From Planktothrix pseudagardhii (GTDB taxonomy: Bacteria; Cyanobacteriota; Cyanobacteriia; Cyanobacteriales; Microcoleaceae): a stretch of DNA of 64,000 nucleotides. The position numbers and the translations under genes are program-made. This document shows positions 37,745 through 47,585 of the stretch, piece after piece. The DNA is taken from NCBI RefSeq assembly GCF_904830925.1, contig NZ_LR882967.1, forward strand, positions 3,362,106-3,426,105, written 5' to 3'. The notes beneath the pieces were generated by a model. The model saw only the letters and a program-made list of their open reading frames with translations, did no database searches and was not told the DNA's origin. Position 1 is the first letter of the stretch; each line of letters begins with the position of its first letter.

Positions 37745-38926
37745 TTACCCTTTGACGCAGAGAATTTGTTTTAAAGTGGCTACCACTTCAACTAAATCGG
37801 ATTGTTGTTTCATGACTTCATCAATGGGTTTATAAGCACCGGGAATTTCATCAATCACTCCTTCATCCTTGCGACATTCAATCCCTTGAGTTTGTTGAAT
37901 TAAATCATCCAAACTAAATTGTTTTTTGGCTTTAGTTCGAGACATTAAACGCCCTGCGCCGTGGGAACAGCTACAGTAACTATCATGATTTCCCTTGCCT
38001 TTAACAATAAAAGATTTTGCTCCCATTGAACCTGGAATAATCCCATAATCTTGTTCTGCTGCCCGAACTGCACCTTTACGAGTAACATAAACTTCTTCGC
38101 CAAAATGCACTTCTTTTTCAGAATAATTATGATGGCAATTAACCTCTAATAAAGGTTTGGTGGGTTTACCTCCCGCAATGGCTTTTTCTACAATTCGTTT
38201 AAACCGTGCCATCATAATATCTCGATTTAATCGAGCATAATGTTGTGCCCATTGTAAATCATTCCAATAGGCTGCAAATTCGGCAGTTCCTGATACAAAA
38301 TAAGCTAAATCAGGGTCAGGTAGTTTAAGTTCAGCTAATTTTGCTAGATGTTTTGCAGTGTCAATATGATTCTGGGCTAACATATTACCAATATGACGAG
38401 AACCAGAATGCAGCATTAACCAAACGTTGTTTTCTGCATCTAAACACAGTTCAATAAAATGATTACCCCCTCCTAAAGATCCCATTTGTTTCATGGCTTT
38501 TGATTCTAAGTTTTGAACTTTAGAATGTAGATCTTTAAATTCTCGCCATCCTTGCCAGTTTGTAACAGCTTTTTCAATTTCTTTATTGTCATTAAATCCA
38601 ACTGGAATAGCAGCTTCAATTTCTTGGCGAATTTTTTTGAGTTTTCCCTCGACTTGTTCGCCAATAAAAGGTAATTTAACGGCACACATCCCACAACCCA
38701 CATCAACGCCCACAGCCGCTGGAATAATGGCTTCTTTTGTAGCAATAACAGAACCAACTAATGCCCCTTTTCCTAAGTGAACATCGGGCATTAAAGCAAC
38801 GTGCTTAAACACAAAGGGCAAAGAAGCGACGTTTTTCGCCATTTTGGTTTCTTCGGAACCTAACTCATGATTTGCCCAAGATAGGACGGGTTTAGGGGTG
38901 GAAAGTTTTAAGGTTTCGTAAGGCAT
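37745..38926 (-). CDS. rtcB: RNA-splicing ligase RtcB
   Basis: Hallmark motifs are present: PDVHLGKGALVGSVIAT, VGVDVGCGMCAV, GSLGGGNHFIELC and HSGSRHIGN (393 aa). Confidence 0.85.
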   Translation of the reverse strand: MPYETLKLSTPKPVLSWANHELGSEETKMAKNVASLPFVFKHVALMPDVHLGKGALVGSVIATKEAIIPAAVGVDVGCGMCAVKLPFIGEQVEGKLKKIRQEIEAAIPVGFNDNKEIEKAVTNWQGWREFKDLHSKVQNLESKAMKQMGSLGGGNHFIELCLDAENNVWLMLHSGSRHIGNMLAQNHIDTAKHLAKLAELKLPDPDLAYFVSGTAEFAAYWNDLQWAQHYARLNRDIMMARFKRIVEKAIAGGKPTKPLLEVNCHHNYSEKEVHFGEEVYVTRKGAVRAAEQDYGIIPGSMGAKSFIVKGKGNHDSYCSCSHGAGRLMSRTKAKKQFSLDDLIQQTQGIECRKDEGVIDEIPGAYKPIDEVMKQQSDLVEVVATLKQILCVKG

Positions 38927-39034
38927 AAGAGTTTTATAGTCTATCTAAATATTGATTTATGTCAATTATATTACATTTGTAACATACTGTCAAGAGGTGT
39001 GCGGATTTATGGTAGGGTTAAGTTGCGTGAACTA

Positions 39035-39098
39035 AAAACCAGGTTTCTATGGGAGATTAATGGTATCAAATTAAGATCTGTGGAGAAACCTGGTTTCT
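39035..39098. promoter_or_regulatory. Two copies of a 15-bp palindrome (AAAAACCAGGTTTCT / AGAAACCTGGTTTCT) 49 bp apart in the rtcB-GNAT divergent intergenic region
   Basis: 39035-39049 and 39084-39098. Each is a near-perfect palindrome around a CCWGG core. Candidate dimeric regulator binding sites. Confidence 0.4.
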
Positions 39099-39134
39099 GG
39101 ACGGCGATCATTTCCCTTTAAACTAAAATCTCCT

Positions 39135-39788
39135 ATGTATTCAACTAATCCGCAAATTCAATTTAAGCTCATTCAAAATCCTGATCATCCTGATTTTAAA
39201 GTGGCGATCGCTCTTTATGAACAAACATTTCCTGCTTATGAACGAGTTTCGGTTGCTTGCATACAAGAAGCAATTCTAGCGAAAAAAGCTCAACTCTGGG
39301 GGGGTTATTATCAAGATCAATTGGCTTTAATGTCAATTTTATATTTTCTTCCCAGTCAGGATTTTATCTTATTAGCTTATTTAGCAACAGTTCCCCATTT
39401 AAGAAATATTAAAATCGGCTCTCAATTTTTGAATTATATAATTGATTTCGTTAAAAACCAATCTAAAACTTTAGTCTTAGAAGTTGAACATCCTGATTTT
39501 GGAGAAGATCGGGAATTAAAGCAACGCAGAGTCGGATTTTATACACGCTTAGGAGCAAAAACGTTAAAAAATATTATTTATATTTTACCTGCTTTAGATG
39601 GCACTAAAACCACAGAGATGCTGTTGATGGTTATGCCTCATGATCATAACTTAGAAAAATTAAATCCAACCATTGTTAAACAGTTAATTAGAGAGTTATA
39701 TCAAGTCGTTTACCATTGTCATCCTAACGATCCTATTTTTAATTGGATTGAAAATATTAATGACAATATTCTTCTAACTGATAACTGA
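39135..39788 (+). CDS. GNAT-family N-acetyltransferase-like protein
   Basis: 217 aa. LATVPHLRNIKIGSQFLNYII resembles GNAT motif A (R/Q-x2-G-x-G/A). Confidence 0.4.
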   Translation: MYSTNPQIQFKLIQNPDHPDFKVAIALYEQTFPAYERVSVACIQEAILAKKAQLWGGYYQDQLALMSILYFLPSQDFILLAYLATVPHLRNIKIGSQFLNYIIDFVKNQSKTLVLEVEHPDFGEDRELKQRRVGFYTRLGAKTLKNIIYILPALDGTKTTEMLLMVMPHDHNLEKLNPTIVKQLIRELYQVVYHCHPNDPIFNWIENINDNILLTDN

Positions 39789-39832
39789 TAACTGACAACT
39801 GACAACTGACAACTGACAACTGATTATTGATT
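39774..39832. repeat. Heptamer repeats (CTGATAA)x2-(CTGACAA)x4 between convergent genes
   Basis: ctaactgataactgataactgacaactgacaactgacaactgacaactgattattgatt. Confidence 0.9.
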
Positions 39833-41149
39833 CATTTGACGGTTAACAATATCAATTTTTTTCACAAAATAATCCTCTCTGTATTTTAACTGTTGTGCTA
39901 AGGCTAATCCTTGTTGAAAGGCTGCGATCGCAGATTGATAGGCTTTTTGAGATAAATAAATATCCCCGATTTGATCATAAGCATTCATCATGCCATAATA
40001 ATTATAAGCTTGTTGATTGACTAAAACTTGAGCTTGATAAATATCTAAAGCGGTTTTAATTTGGTTTTGAGAACGATAAAGTTTACCTAATCTTCCTAAT
40101 GCTTCACTGGCGTTATCAAACTGTTGAATAGAGGTCGCAATACCATAAGCTTCCTGATAAGTTAATCCGGCTTGTTCAAATTGTCCTAATTTTTCATAAT
40201 TCCCACCAATGGCTAATTTAATTTCAGGAATGGGAAATAAATTAGGTTGATTTGCATAATAGCCTGCTAGTCTTTCCCGAACAGAAATAGCCTTTAAATA
40301 TTCTCCAATTTGTTCATAAATAAACGCTAATTGTTGCAGCGATCGCACTTCACTCGGTGGTGGTGTCGGGTTGGGATTTTCGGGTGTAGCTGGTTGGGGT
40401 TGAGGAGGTAGCCTATCCCCTTGTACGGTACGAATTTCCTGCTGTAATTCTAATAGTTTTTCATAGGTTTCCGAGGCTTTGGGATAATCTAACCAATTCA
40501 TATAAATTTGAGCAATCTCATTAAAATATTGTTCTTCGGCTAAAATATCTTGACTTTTGTTAGCCGTTTCTAATAAAGTTTGATAAACAATTAAAGCTTG
40601 ATTTTTAGCTCTAACATTCTTAAAAGCTAATCCCAAAAATTGCCATAATTCCAAATTATTATTCTTTTCTGTTTGCAGTTTTTGTAAAATTTGATCCAGA
40701 CGTTCAGTGATAAATTTTATATAGAGTCGTTGACTATTATTCCAAGCAATTAATCCCACCCGATTTAAAGCAGCAATTTCTTGAGATAATCCAAAATAAC
40801 GACGAATTCTTAACTCTCGGTTCCATAATTCAAACGCACCCGGAATATTTTGGGCGGCTAATAATGCGGTGGCTTCTACATTCAGTTTGGCTAATTCTGG
40901 TTCTAATATGTCCTGTTGACTTTTGCCTAAAATTTGTCCTTCAGAAGGGGGAGAAGGAAGTAAAGGGTCGGGTTCTTTACTGAATAACGGGTTAGGAGAA
41001 AAATCATCTAATAAGGGTTTTTCAGGTTCAGTTTCTTTTTTCTTTTCTGCGATCGCAATTCCCATATTTCCGAAACCATATAAAATTATAACAACAACCA
41101 TTACAATATAATTTAATGTTTGAATGGTAAGACTTTTGCGATTGATCAT
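39824..41149 (-). CDS. TPR-repeat protein with N-terminal transmembrane anchor and Pro-rich segment
   Basis: N-terminal TM (IVMVVVIILYGFGNMGIAIA). A PPQPQPATPENPNPTPPP linker. Multiple 34-aa TPR-like units (AxxxYxxAxxxxP pattern). Confidence 0.65.
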   Translation of the reverse strand: MINRKSLTIQTLNYIVMVVVIILYGFGNMGIAIAEKKKETEPEKPLLDDFSPNPLFSKEPDPLLPSPPSEGQILGKSQQDILEPELAKLNVEATALLAAQNIPGAFELWNRELRIRRYFGLSQEIAALNRVGLIAWNNSQRLYIKFITERLDQILQKLQTEKNNNLELWQFLGLAFKNVRAKNQALIVYQTLLETANKSQDILAEEQYFNEIAQIYMNWLDYPKASETYEKLLELQQEIRTVQGDRLPPQPQPATPENPNPTPPPSEVRSLQQLAFIYEQIGEYLKAISVRERLAGYYANQPNLFPIPEIKLAIGGNYEKLGQFEQAGLTYQEAYGIATSIQQFDNASEALGRLGKLYRSQNQIKTALDIYQAQVLVNQQAYNYYGMMNAYDQIGDIYLSQKAYQSAIAAFQQGLALAQQLKYREDYFVKKIDIVNRQMNQ

Positions 41150-41282
41150 AAGGTTAACGGTGTATTCTTAAAAGCGATTATAGCCAGCATAAATCAATTG
41201 TACCCTAGAAGCAACCGTCAATGCTACTGAAACCTGATAAAATATGGGATAATAGCAGGATAGAATTCAGGAGGAAAGAAAA

Positions 41283-42431
41283 TTGAGAGTTGGCAAAAAA
41301 TATAAAAGCTTTTTTAAAAATCTGGCAATTTTATTCTGTAGTTTGGTATTTTTAACCGCTTGTTCTATTCCGCAAGTGTCCGCAGAGGAGAGAATGTTTG
41401 TTGATTTATCGCTCAGTTTTTTAGGGAAATATGAATTATCAAACTCAACAACATTGAAACATCAATCTGTCGAGAAGTTATCATCTCTGACTTATCAAGT
41501 TCCGGGGTATGGAACCTCAACGGATAGCAGAATTCGATTTTATGGGTTATCAGATACAGCAAAAACAGAGTCCCCAGCTAAGTTTTACACCTTGAACTTT
41601 ACCTTAGATCCGTCTGAATCTATCCCGTTAAAAGATATTACCATAGACGGATTAACAATACTCAAGGATAAACAGGATCAACCGCTTTTGGAAAATCAAG
41701 TTTACCCTGAAAGTATTGCCTTTTCTCCGCGTCATTCTGTGTTTATTTCGACGGAAAATTTAGAAAATGTTAACACTCCTCCCTTAATTGCTGAATACGA
41801 TTTAATAACCGGACAATTAAAAAATACTGTTCCTCTTTCTCCCTTTTATTTTCCCCAATTTAATGAATCTGAACAAACCCAAGGAGTCGAACCTAAATTT
41901 GGCTTTAAAGGCTTAACAATTTCTCCCGATGGCTTTAGTCCCGATGGTCGAGATCCCTTTAGATTATTTACGGTGACAGAAAAACCTTTAATTCAAGATC
42001 GAGATCCAGAAAATTCAACTAAATTAAGATTATTGCATTATGTCATCGCAGATAGAGCTTCTTTTCTAGTTTCTGAAACCTTATATCTACTAGATGAAAC
42101 CTCTCAACGCTTAGTGGATATTGCAGCGGCTAAAGGGGGAATATTACTGAGTTTAGAACAATCAAAAGACACGGGTAAAATTTATCAGTTATTCACCGGA
42201 GATGCAACGGACACCTCTCGTATGGTGAGTTTACAAGGAGACTTAATTAAAGTACAACCTGTGCGAAAAAAATTATTACTTGATTTACAAGATTTAGGAA
42301 TATCTTTACAACAGTTAAATGGAATGACGTTAGGCTCTCGTTTACCGGATGGAAATCAAAGTTTAGTCTTAATGGGTGAAGATGATTATCATAAAACTCA
42401 GGTTTTATTCTTCAGTTTTAAACAAAGTTGA
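41283..42431 (+). CDS. Putative lipoprotein (382 aa), function unknown
   Basis: Signal peptide with lipobox-like LTAC (MRVGKKYKSFFKNLAILFCSLVFLTACS). No further motif recognised. Confidence 0.45.
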   Translation: MRVGKKYKSFFKNLAILFCSLVFLTACSIPQVSAEERMFVDLSLSFLGKYELSNSTTLKHQSVEKLSSLTYQVPGYGTSTDSRIRFYGLSDTAKTESPAKFYTLNFTLDPSESIPLKDITIDGLTILKDKQDQPLLENQVYPESIAFSPRHSVFISTENLENVNTPPLIAEYDLITGQLKNTVPLSPFYFPQFNESEQTQGVEPKFGFKGLTISPDGFSPDGRDPFRLFTVTEKPLIQDRDPENSTKLRLLHYVIADRASFLVSETLYLLDETSQRLVDIAAAKGGILLSLEQSKDTGKIYQLFTGDATDTSRMVSLQGDLIKVQPVRKKLLLDLQDLGISLQQLNGMTLGSRLPDGNQSLVLMGEDDYHKTQVLFFSFKQS

Positions 42432-42473
42432 ATTAAATAAATAGTGGCTAATAATTAATAATATAATAGTAGC

Positions 42474-43586
42474 TTAACGGTGAAATCGTTTTGCTAAACT
42501 TATAAAGCCCAAATAACCTAATTGATTCAACAGTTTCAGCCATTCTCCCAAGGACGCTGATTTTTTATAGTAGATACGAATGAGATGGATAGCAGCATCT
42601 CCAATTATTTTCATGGAATTTAAGCGTTTTCCTTCTGGATATTTTTCTTTTGAAATGACTTGAATAAATTCACGCGATACATCACGATTTAATTTACCAA
42701 GTCTATATTCAAAAATATCACTCTCTGTTCCCTTTCTACTGGTTAAAATCAAGGTACTTTGCCCTAATAAACTCCGTAGTTCGTTAGCTAATTCTTTAGG
42801 ACTTTCTGTGTCTTCTAAACCATCAATAACTATTAGAGTTTGCGTGTTATTTAATATCTTACTGATTTCAATTTTACACTTTTCAATATCTTGTAATACG
42901 AAATGAGGTAATTTGAGTTCACTCCCAATGTCTTTAATAGCATCTTTTAAGGTTAAACGAGAATCTCGTGAGCTAGAATTAGTTTGATTTTGTTCCGGAT
43001 AATATTGATATACTTTTGCTCTGACCCAAGCAATTTTTGAGAATAATTTAGCATGATAAGCTTGGGATACTAATTGATGACAAAGGGCAGTTTTTCCTAA
43101 ACCACCGATACCCAGTATTCCAATTATCCCTAAAACTTTATTTTTTTGTTCAGATTCTAGGTATTTTAAGAGTTCTTCTATTTCAGGATTTCGTCCTACA
43201 AATTGACCATAAGTTTTTTCTTTTTGCCAAGTTTCTTCACTATACTCTTTAGGAGTACCACCAAAAGTATTGGTTTGTTGATAGCCTTTACAATTTCGTT
43301 CAATAGCTGCTTTAAAATTCCTTTTAGTTACTTTTTCTCCTAATGCTTCTGAAAGTTTATCCCAAAATTTATTTCCTACATCTTTTTGAAGATAGTTTTG
43401 ACTATAAGCATGGCTCTCAGCTATTGTATTGTAAGTTTTTTTCTGCCAAGATTCTCTAAAAATAATTGTCTCAATATCACTAAGTTTCTCTCCAAATTTT
43501 TCATAAAAACATCTGTTGGCTACTTCCAAAGCTTCATCTTCACTTAAGTTGCTGAATTGCTCTGTCATAAGATTAAACACCCTCAC
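42474..43586 (-). CDS. STAND-type P-loop NTPase (NB-ARC-like), truncated after the NTPase module
   Basis: Walker A GILGIGGLGKTAL. Walker B region LIVIDGLED. A ~130-aa N-terminal domain precedes the NTPase. No C-terminal repeat array. The gene is very AT-rich. Confidence 0.6.
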   Translation of the reverse strand: MRVFNLMTEQFSNLSEDEALEVANRCFYEKFGEKLSDIETIIFRESWQKKTYNTIAESHAYSQNYLQKDVGNKFWDKLSEALGEKVTKRNFKAAIERNCKGYQQTNTFGGTPKEYSEETWQKEKTYGQFVGRNPEIEELLKYLESEQKNKVLGIIGILGIGGLGKTALCHQLVSQAYHAKLFSKIAWVRAKVYQYYPEQNQTNSSSRDSRLTLKDAIKDIGSELKLPHFVLQDIEKCKIEISKILNNTQTLIVIDGLEDTESPKELANELRSLLGQSTLILTSRKGTESDIFEYRLGKLNRDVSREFIQVISKEKYPEGKRLNSMKIIGDAAIHLIRIYYKKSASLGEWLKLLNQLGYLGFISLAKRFHR

Positions 43587-43615
43587 CTGACTTTACCTGA
43601 CTTTACCTGACTTCT
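43586..43615. repeat. 10-mer tandem repeat (ACCTGACTTT)x3 immediately upstream of the STAND gene start
   Basis: cacctgactttacctgactttacctgactt. Confidence 0.85.
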
Positions 43616-43854
43616 CATTATATCAGATGTTAAAGTCCTGATTTTAACTAGATTTTTGCTGTATCGACCATTTTGACTCGCTACGAGAACATTGATTTAT
43701 AGGTTTAAGGGTTCAGTTTTAGTTCATTTTATTTCGCCAAGTAGATTGAACAAACTGAGCCTTCAAACCATTCATTATCAAGCATTCTGGAAATATACGA
43801 GTAAGCACAGTTGGCCAACGAGCTTCTCATCCCATTATTGAGAGGTAATCTGTG

Positions 43855-44028
43855 ATGAAACGTCTTTCTTTAACCCAAATTTTACTGATTGTGAGTTTAA
43901 TGGTTCATACTGTAAGATTCATGGGTGATATTTTGCCTTATAATCAACCTGCTTTTGCTTCTCCAGATCCTTTTGAAGTTAAGGTTAATCATAATTGTCC
44001 AGATGGTAATACAGGAGGAACAAAGTAG
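43855..44028 (+). CDS. Candidate small secreted peptide (57 aa) not in the ORF track
   Basis: ATG at 43855 preceded by GAGAGG. Predicted signal peptide MKRLSLTQILLIVSLMVHTV, then RFMGDILPYNQPAFASPDPFEVKVNHNCPDGNTGGTK. Sits on the + strand between two minus-strand genes. Confidence 0.3.
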   Translation: MKRLSLTQILLIVSLMVHTVRFMGDILPYNQPAFASPDPFEVKVNHNCPDGNTGGTK

Positions 44029-44089
44029 TTTGTAATTCTAACTAGATTTGCCTAGATTATAGGCAGTCTAGTTTGGTTTTATAAAATCA

Positions 44090-45646
44090 TTATTGTTTAA
44101 CTTTCTGCTTTCCTAATTCCTGCCATTCTTTGATTTCTGGCTGATTATCTGGAGCAGAATAAGTTAAACATTTTTGCCATTCTATCTGTGCTGGCTTTTG
44201 TTCAGCTTCTAATACTTGCGCCATTAAACAGTAAGGGGGTGCTAGATTTAACTTTAAGTCAATAGCTTGTTTTAGAGATTGTTTAGCTGCTGATAATTGT
44301 CCTAATTTTAATTGTGACCAGCCTAAATTTTTATATAGATCATGTTTAGGGTTAATCTCAGAATTAGGATTAATTTTTAAACTGGTCTCAATTAAAGTAA
44401 TAGCTTGATTGTAATTACCTGTTAAGATTTCTAAACGAGCTAAATTATTGTAAGATTCGTCCAAATTTCCTATATCAATAGCTTTTTGATATTCATTTTT
44501 GGCTGAACCTAATTGTTCTTGATTGTCATAAAGTAATCCTAAGTTATGATGAGCCGAAACAGATTTATTATTGAAAAATAAGGCTAAACGATATTGCCAT
44601 AAAGCACTATTATAATTGGATTGCTTAAATGCTTGTAAACCACGATCATTAAGTTGTCTAGCAATTTGAGGTGATAATAAAGATAAAATTAGAGAGGTTA
44701 CAACTAAAAAGGTAGCTATAGGAATTGTATTTAATAAAAATTTTTGTTTTTGAATTAAAAAGAAATAATGCCAATAATTTTGGTGTTTTATTAGCTCTAA
44801 AATTTGATTAATATTTTCGTTTTTTTCTTGTTCTATCGCGTCTAAGTATTGTAAAATAATTGATGTATTCTGAGGACGTTTACCCGGATATTCTTCGATC
44901 ATATAGTTAATTAATTTTGCTAAAGATTGAAATTCATCTTTAAGTGTGTTTTTGGCAAAATCTTCAGGATTATTTCCTGTTAATAAACTCACAAAAGTGC
45001 GCCCTAATGCAAAAAAATCTGATTGAGGAAAACATAAACCTGTAAATTCTTGTTCTGGTGGTGTATATAGGGGAGATACAATTTTTGTACCAGATTCATT
45101 TTTACCCATCTTAATTAAATAAGTTGTTGTCATTTGTCTAACAGCACCAAAGTCAATTAAAACTAAAGTTCCCTCAGACTTTAGGATAATATTTTCTGGT
45201 TTAATATCTCGGTGTATCAGTTTCTCTTGATGAATTAGAGCAATAGTTTCCGTTAGTTGTTTTAACCAATTTATTGCCATTTTTATATCGGTAATTTTTT
45301 GATTTTTTTCTAACCACTGTTCTAAATTTTCTCCAGTAACTTTTTCCATGACTAAACAATGTAATGGCGTTAAATAAACTTCTGGGGTAATAGTAAAGTA
45401 ATCATAACCTTTAGGGATACCAGGATGAGCTAATTTTTGTAATACTTTTGCTTCTTGTTGAAACAGAGAAATGATTTTATTTTGATCTTTTTCTGGATAA
45501 TATTGAAATTTATTCTGCTGGAGTATTTTTAATACTTTATGTTCTTGATCTTGGAGATCATAGACTTCCCACACTTCTCCAAATCCTCCTGTTCCTAAAA
45601 GACAGATTACCTGATATCTATGATTAATTATTTTTCCTATTTCCAT
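44090..45646 (-). CDS. Ser/Thr protein kinase with transmembrane segment and C-terminal TPR repeats
   Basis: Kinase motifs GTGGFGEVW, VLK and HRDIKPENIIL, plus DFG and PPE. TM segment (IPIATFLVVTSLILSLL). TPR-like C-terminal units. The start overlaps the upstream STAND gene by 23 bp. Confidence 0.85.
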   Translation of the reverse strand: MEIGKIINHRYQVICLLGTGGFGEVWEVYDLQDQEHKVLKILQQNKFQYYPEKDQNKIISLFQQEAKVLQKLAHPGIPKGYDYFTITPEVYLTPLHCLVMEKVTGENLEQWLEKNQKITDIKMAINWLKQLTETIALIHQEKLIHRDIKPENIILKSEGTLVLIDFGAVRQMTTTYLIKMGKNESGTKIVSPLYTPPEQEFTGLCFPQSDFFALGRTFVSLLTGNNPEDFAKNTLKDEFQSLAKLINYMIEEYPGKRPQNTSIILQYLDAIEQEKNENINQILELIKHQNYWHYFFLIQKQKFLLNTIPIATFLVVTSLILSLLSPQIARQLNDRGLQAFKQSNYNSALWQYRLALFFNNKSVSAHHNLGLLYDNQEQLGSAKNEYQKAIDIGNLDESYNNLARLEILTGNYNQAITLIETSLKINPNSEINPKHDLYKNLGWSQLKLGQLSAAKQSLKQAIDLKLNLAPPYCLMAQVLEAEQKPAQIEWQKCLTYSAPDNQPEIKEWQELGKQKVKQ

Positions 45647-47396
45647 GATTAATCACACTGAATAAATGACTAATATTTATCTGAAAATATCCTAACCCTG
45701 AATCTGAATCCACTTGTAATAATAAATTTTTTAATTGAGTATATAAATCTTCAGAACAGTTTAAATTAATAAGTTTGTCTATAATTTTGTTCGATAGTTT
45801 AGGATTAATTAAGTTTTTATTAGGATTAGGATAAACTAAAGGATGAGTCCTCAATAATCCTATATTTTGCCAATTTTGTGTTTTTATGACTGCTATAATA
45901 TTAGCGCAAAACTTTTCCATAAATAAATTACTAACATATTTCTTAATAAATGGAGGTAGGCTATAAGTTATTTCTGTATTATTAGCATCTTGAATTAAGA
46001 GCGATCGCCGTTTGAGTGATTTCATCGTATCAAGAATATCTGTCCCTGATAAATAGTGATCAAAAACTTGTTTTAACTGTTCTTGGGACAAATTTTCAGT
46101 AATAATAGCCAGTAAATAAATAATATCTATTTCCTTTGCCGATAGTTTAGTAAATGCCTGGATAATATAGTTACTAATGACATCACTTACTAGGAGTGAA
46201 CTTTGTTTAAAATATTGTAAAATATTTCCATTAAATTCTTGTTTAATATCCTGTGCTACCAGGTTAAGAACTCCAGGGTGATAACTATAACGTCTGATTA
46301 AATTAGTTAAAGATTGAGTATCTTTTCCCAATCCTTGCTGTTCAAAAATCTGGAGAGCAGATGCTGGATCTAATCCCTTTAAATCCCAGGAATAAACTGG
46401 CATTTGTTGAGATAATAACAGTTCAAATTGTCTCGGTTTTTCTTGACTTATAAAAAGCCCACAACTTTGATGAGATGTTTTAGCGATTTGGCTTAATAAC
46501 TCTCCATACTCTTCATATTCCTGGCGGTAATAACCCGCTAAATGTTCTGATTTTAAAAGTTCTTCCCAATTATCTAATATAAGTAAACAACGATGATTAC
46601 GAAAATAATCAATAATTTGTTTTATATCTCCTGTAACATTTGTAGGTTGTTCAGTTAAATCATGCCAAAATAAAGAAAAAGACTTAGGATTAGATAAATT
46701 TTTATAAATAATACACTCAAACTGATCTGTGATTTTATCTAAAAGATTTATGATTAAACTTGTTTTACCAATTCCAGACATTCCTGATAGTAAAATAACT
46801 CTTGTTTGTTTATTATTTAGCCATTCTAATAACTGATTTAACTCATTTTCTCTTCCATAGAATATAGGCTGATGGGGAAGTTCATGTAAATTAGATTTTA
46901 AGGAAAAATTATCAAATTGTTGAGGTTCATTCTCAGTTATTTTTCGCCAATCTAAATCCAGAATAGCACAATAAATTTTAAAAGCATTTACGTTAACTGG
47001 ATATATTGTTTTATGAGAAGCAAATCGGCTCCAAGTTCCCCAAGAAATATTTTGAACATAAATTTCTCCAGAATCAATCAATGTTTTAATTTTTTCTAAA
47101 AAAGTAAATTTATTATTTTTTAAAATTTCCCACTTGATTTTATCTAATTTTTCCTGTTTGTGTTCTTGAGTTTGGCGTTTATCCCTTTCAACTCGAAAAA
47201 TTTGTTCAAAATCTTTCAACCACCGAGGGTCATTATCACTTAGCTGATGCTTTTGTTGATATTCCTCAATATACCTATAACAAGCAATAACCAAAGGCCT
47301 AGTATCCTGTTCGCTGACTTTCCATTTTCTATCTGCGATCGCAGTTTGAATCTTTTGATGCCCTTCTTTCGAGGCTGTAAAGGTTTGACCTACCAT
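45624..47396 (-). CDS. STAND-type P-loop NTPase (NB-ARC/NACHT-like) with N-terminal unknown domain
   Basis: Walker A LSGMSGIGKTSL. Walker B LLILDNWEE. A ~190-aa N-terminal domain. A C-terminal winged-helix-like region with no repeat sensor. Confidence 0.65.
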   Translation of the reverse strand: MVGQTFTASKEGHQKIQTAIADRKWKVSEQDTRPLVIACYRYIEEYQQKHQLSDNDPRWLKDFEQIFRVERDKRQTQEHKQEKLDKIKWEILKNNKFTFLEKIKTLIDSGEIYVQNISWGTWSRFASHKTIYPVNVNAFKIYCAILDLDWRKITENEPQQFDNFSLKSNLHELPHQPIFYGRENELNQLLEWLNNKQTRVILLSGMSGIGKTSLIINLLDKITDQFECIIYKNLSNPKSFSLFWHDLTEQPTNVTGDIKQIIDYFRNHRCLLILDNWEELLKSEHLAGYYRQEYEEYGELLSQIAKTSHQSCGLFISQEKPRQFELLLSQQMPVYSWDLKGLDPASALQIFEQQGLGKDTQSLTNLIRRYSYHPGVLNLVAQDIKQEFNGNILQYFKQSSLLVSDVISNYIIQAFTKLSAKEIDIIYLLAIITENLSQEQLKQVFDHYLSGTDILDTMKSLKRRSLLIQDANNTEITYSLPPFIKKYVSNLFMEKFCANIIAVIKTQNWQNIGLLRTHPLVYPNPNKNLINPKLSNKIIDKLINLNCSEDLYTQLKNLLLQVDSDSGLGYFQINISHLFSVINHGNRKNN

Positions 47397-47585
47397 ACCT
47401 AGTTTTAATTCATTGTCAAGATCAGTTGAGATCAGGAATAAGCCGATCTTAGCAGATATGACAGCTTAAATCATCTCTTGGAATAATCAAGGTGTAGTGA
47501 AGCGAGAAACCTTTCTTGCCGAGGAAAGAAGGTTAAGCCTTTTCCCAATTCATTCAACCTTAATACAATAATAGGAGAACAATTT

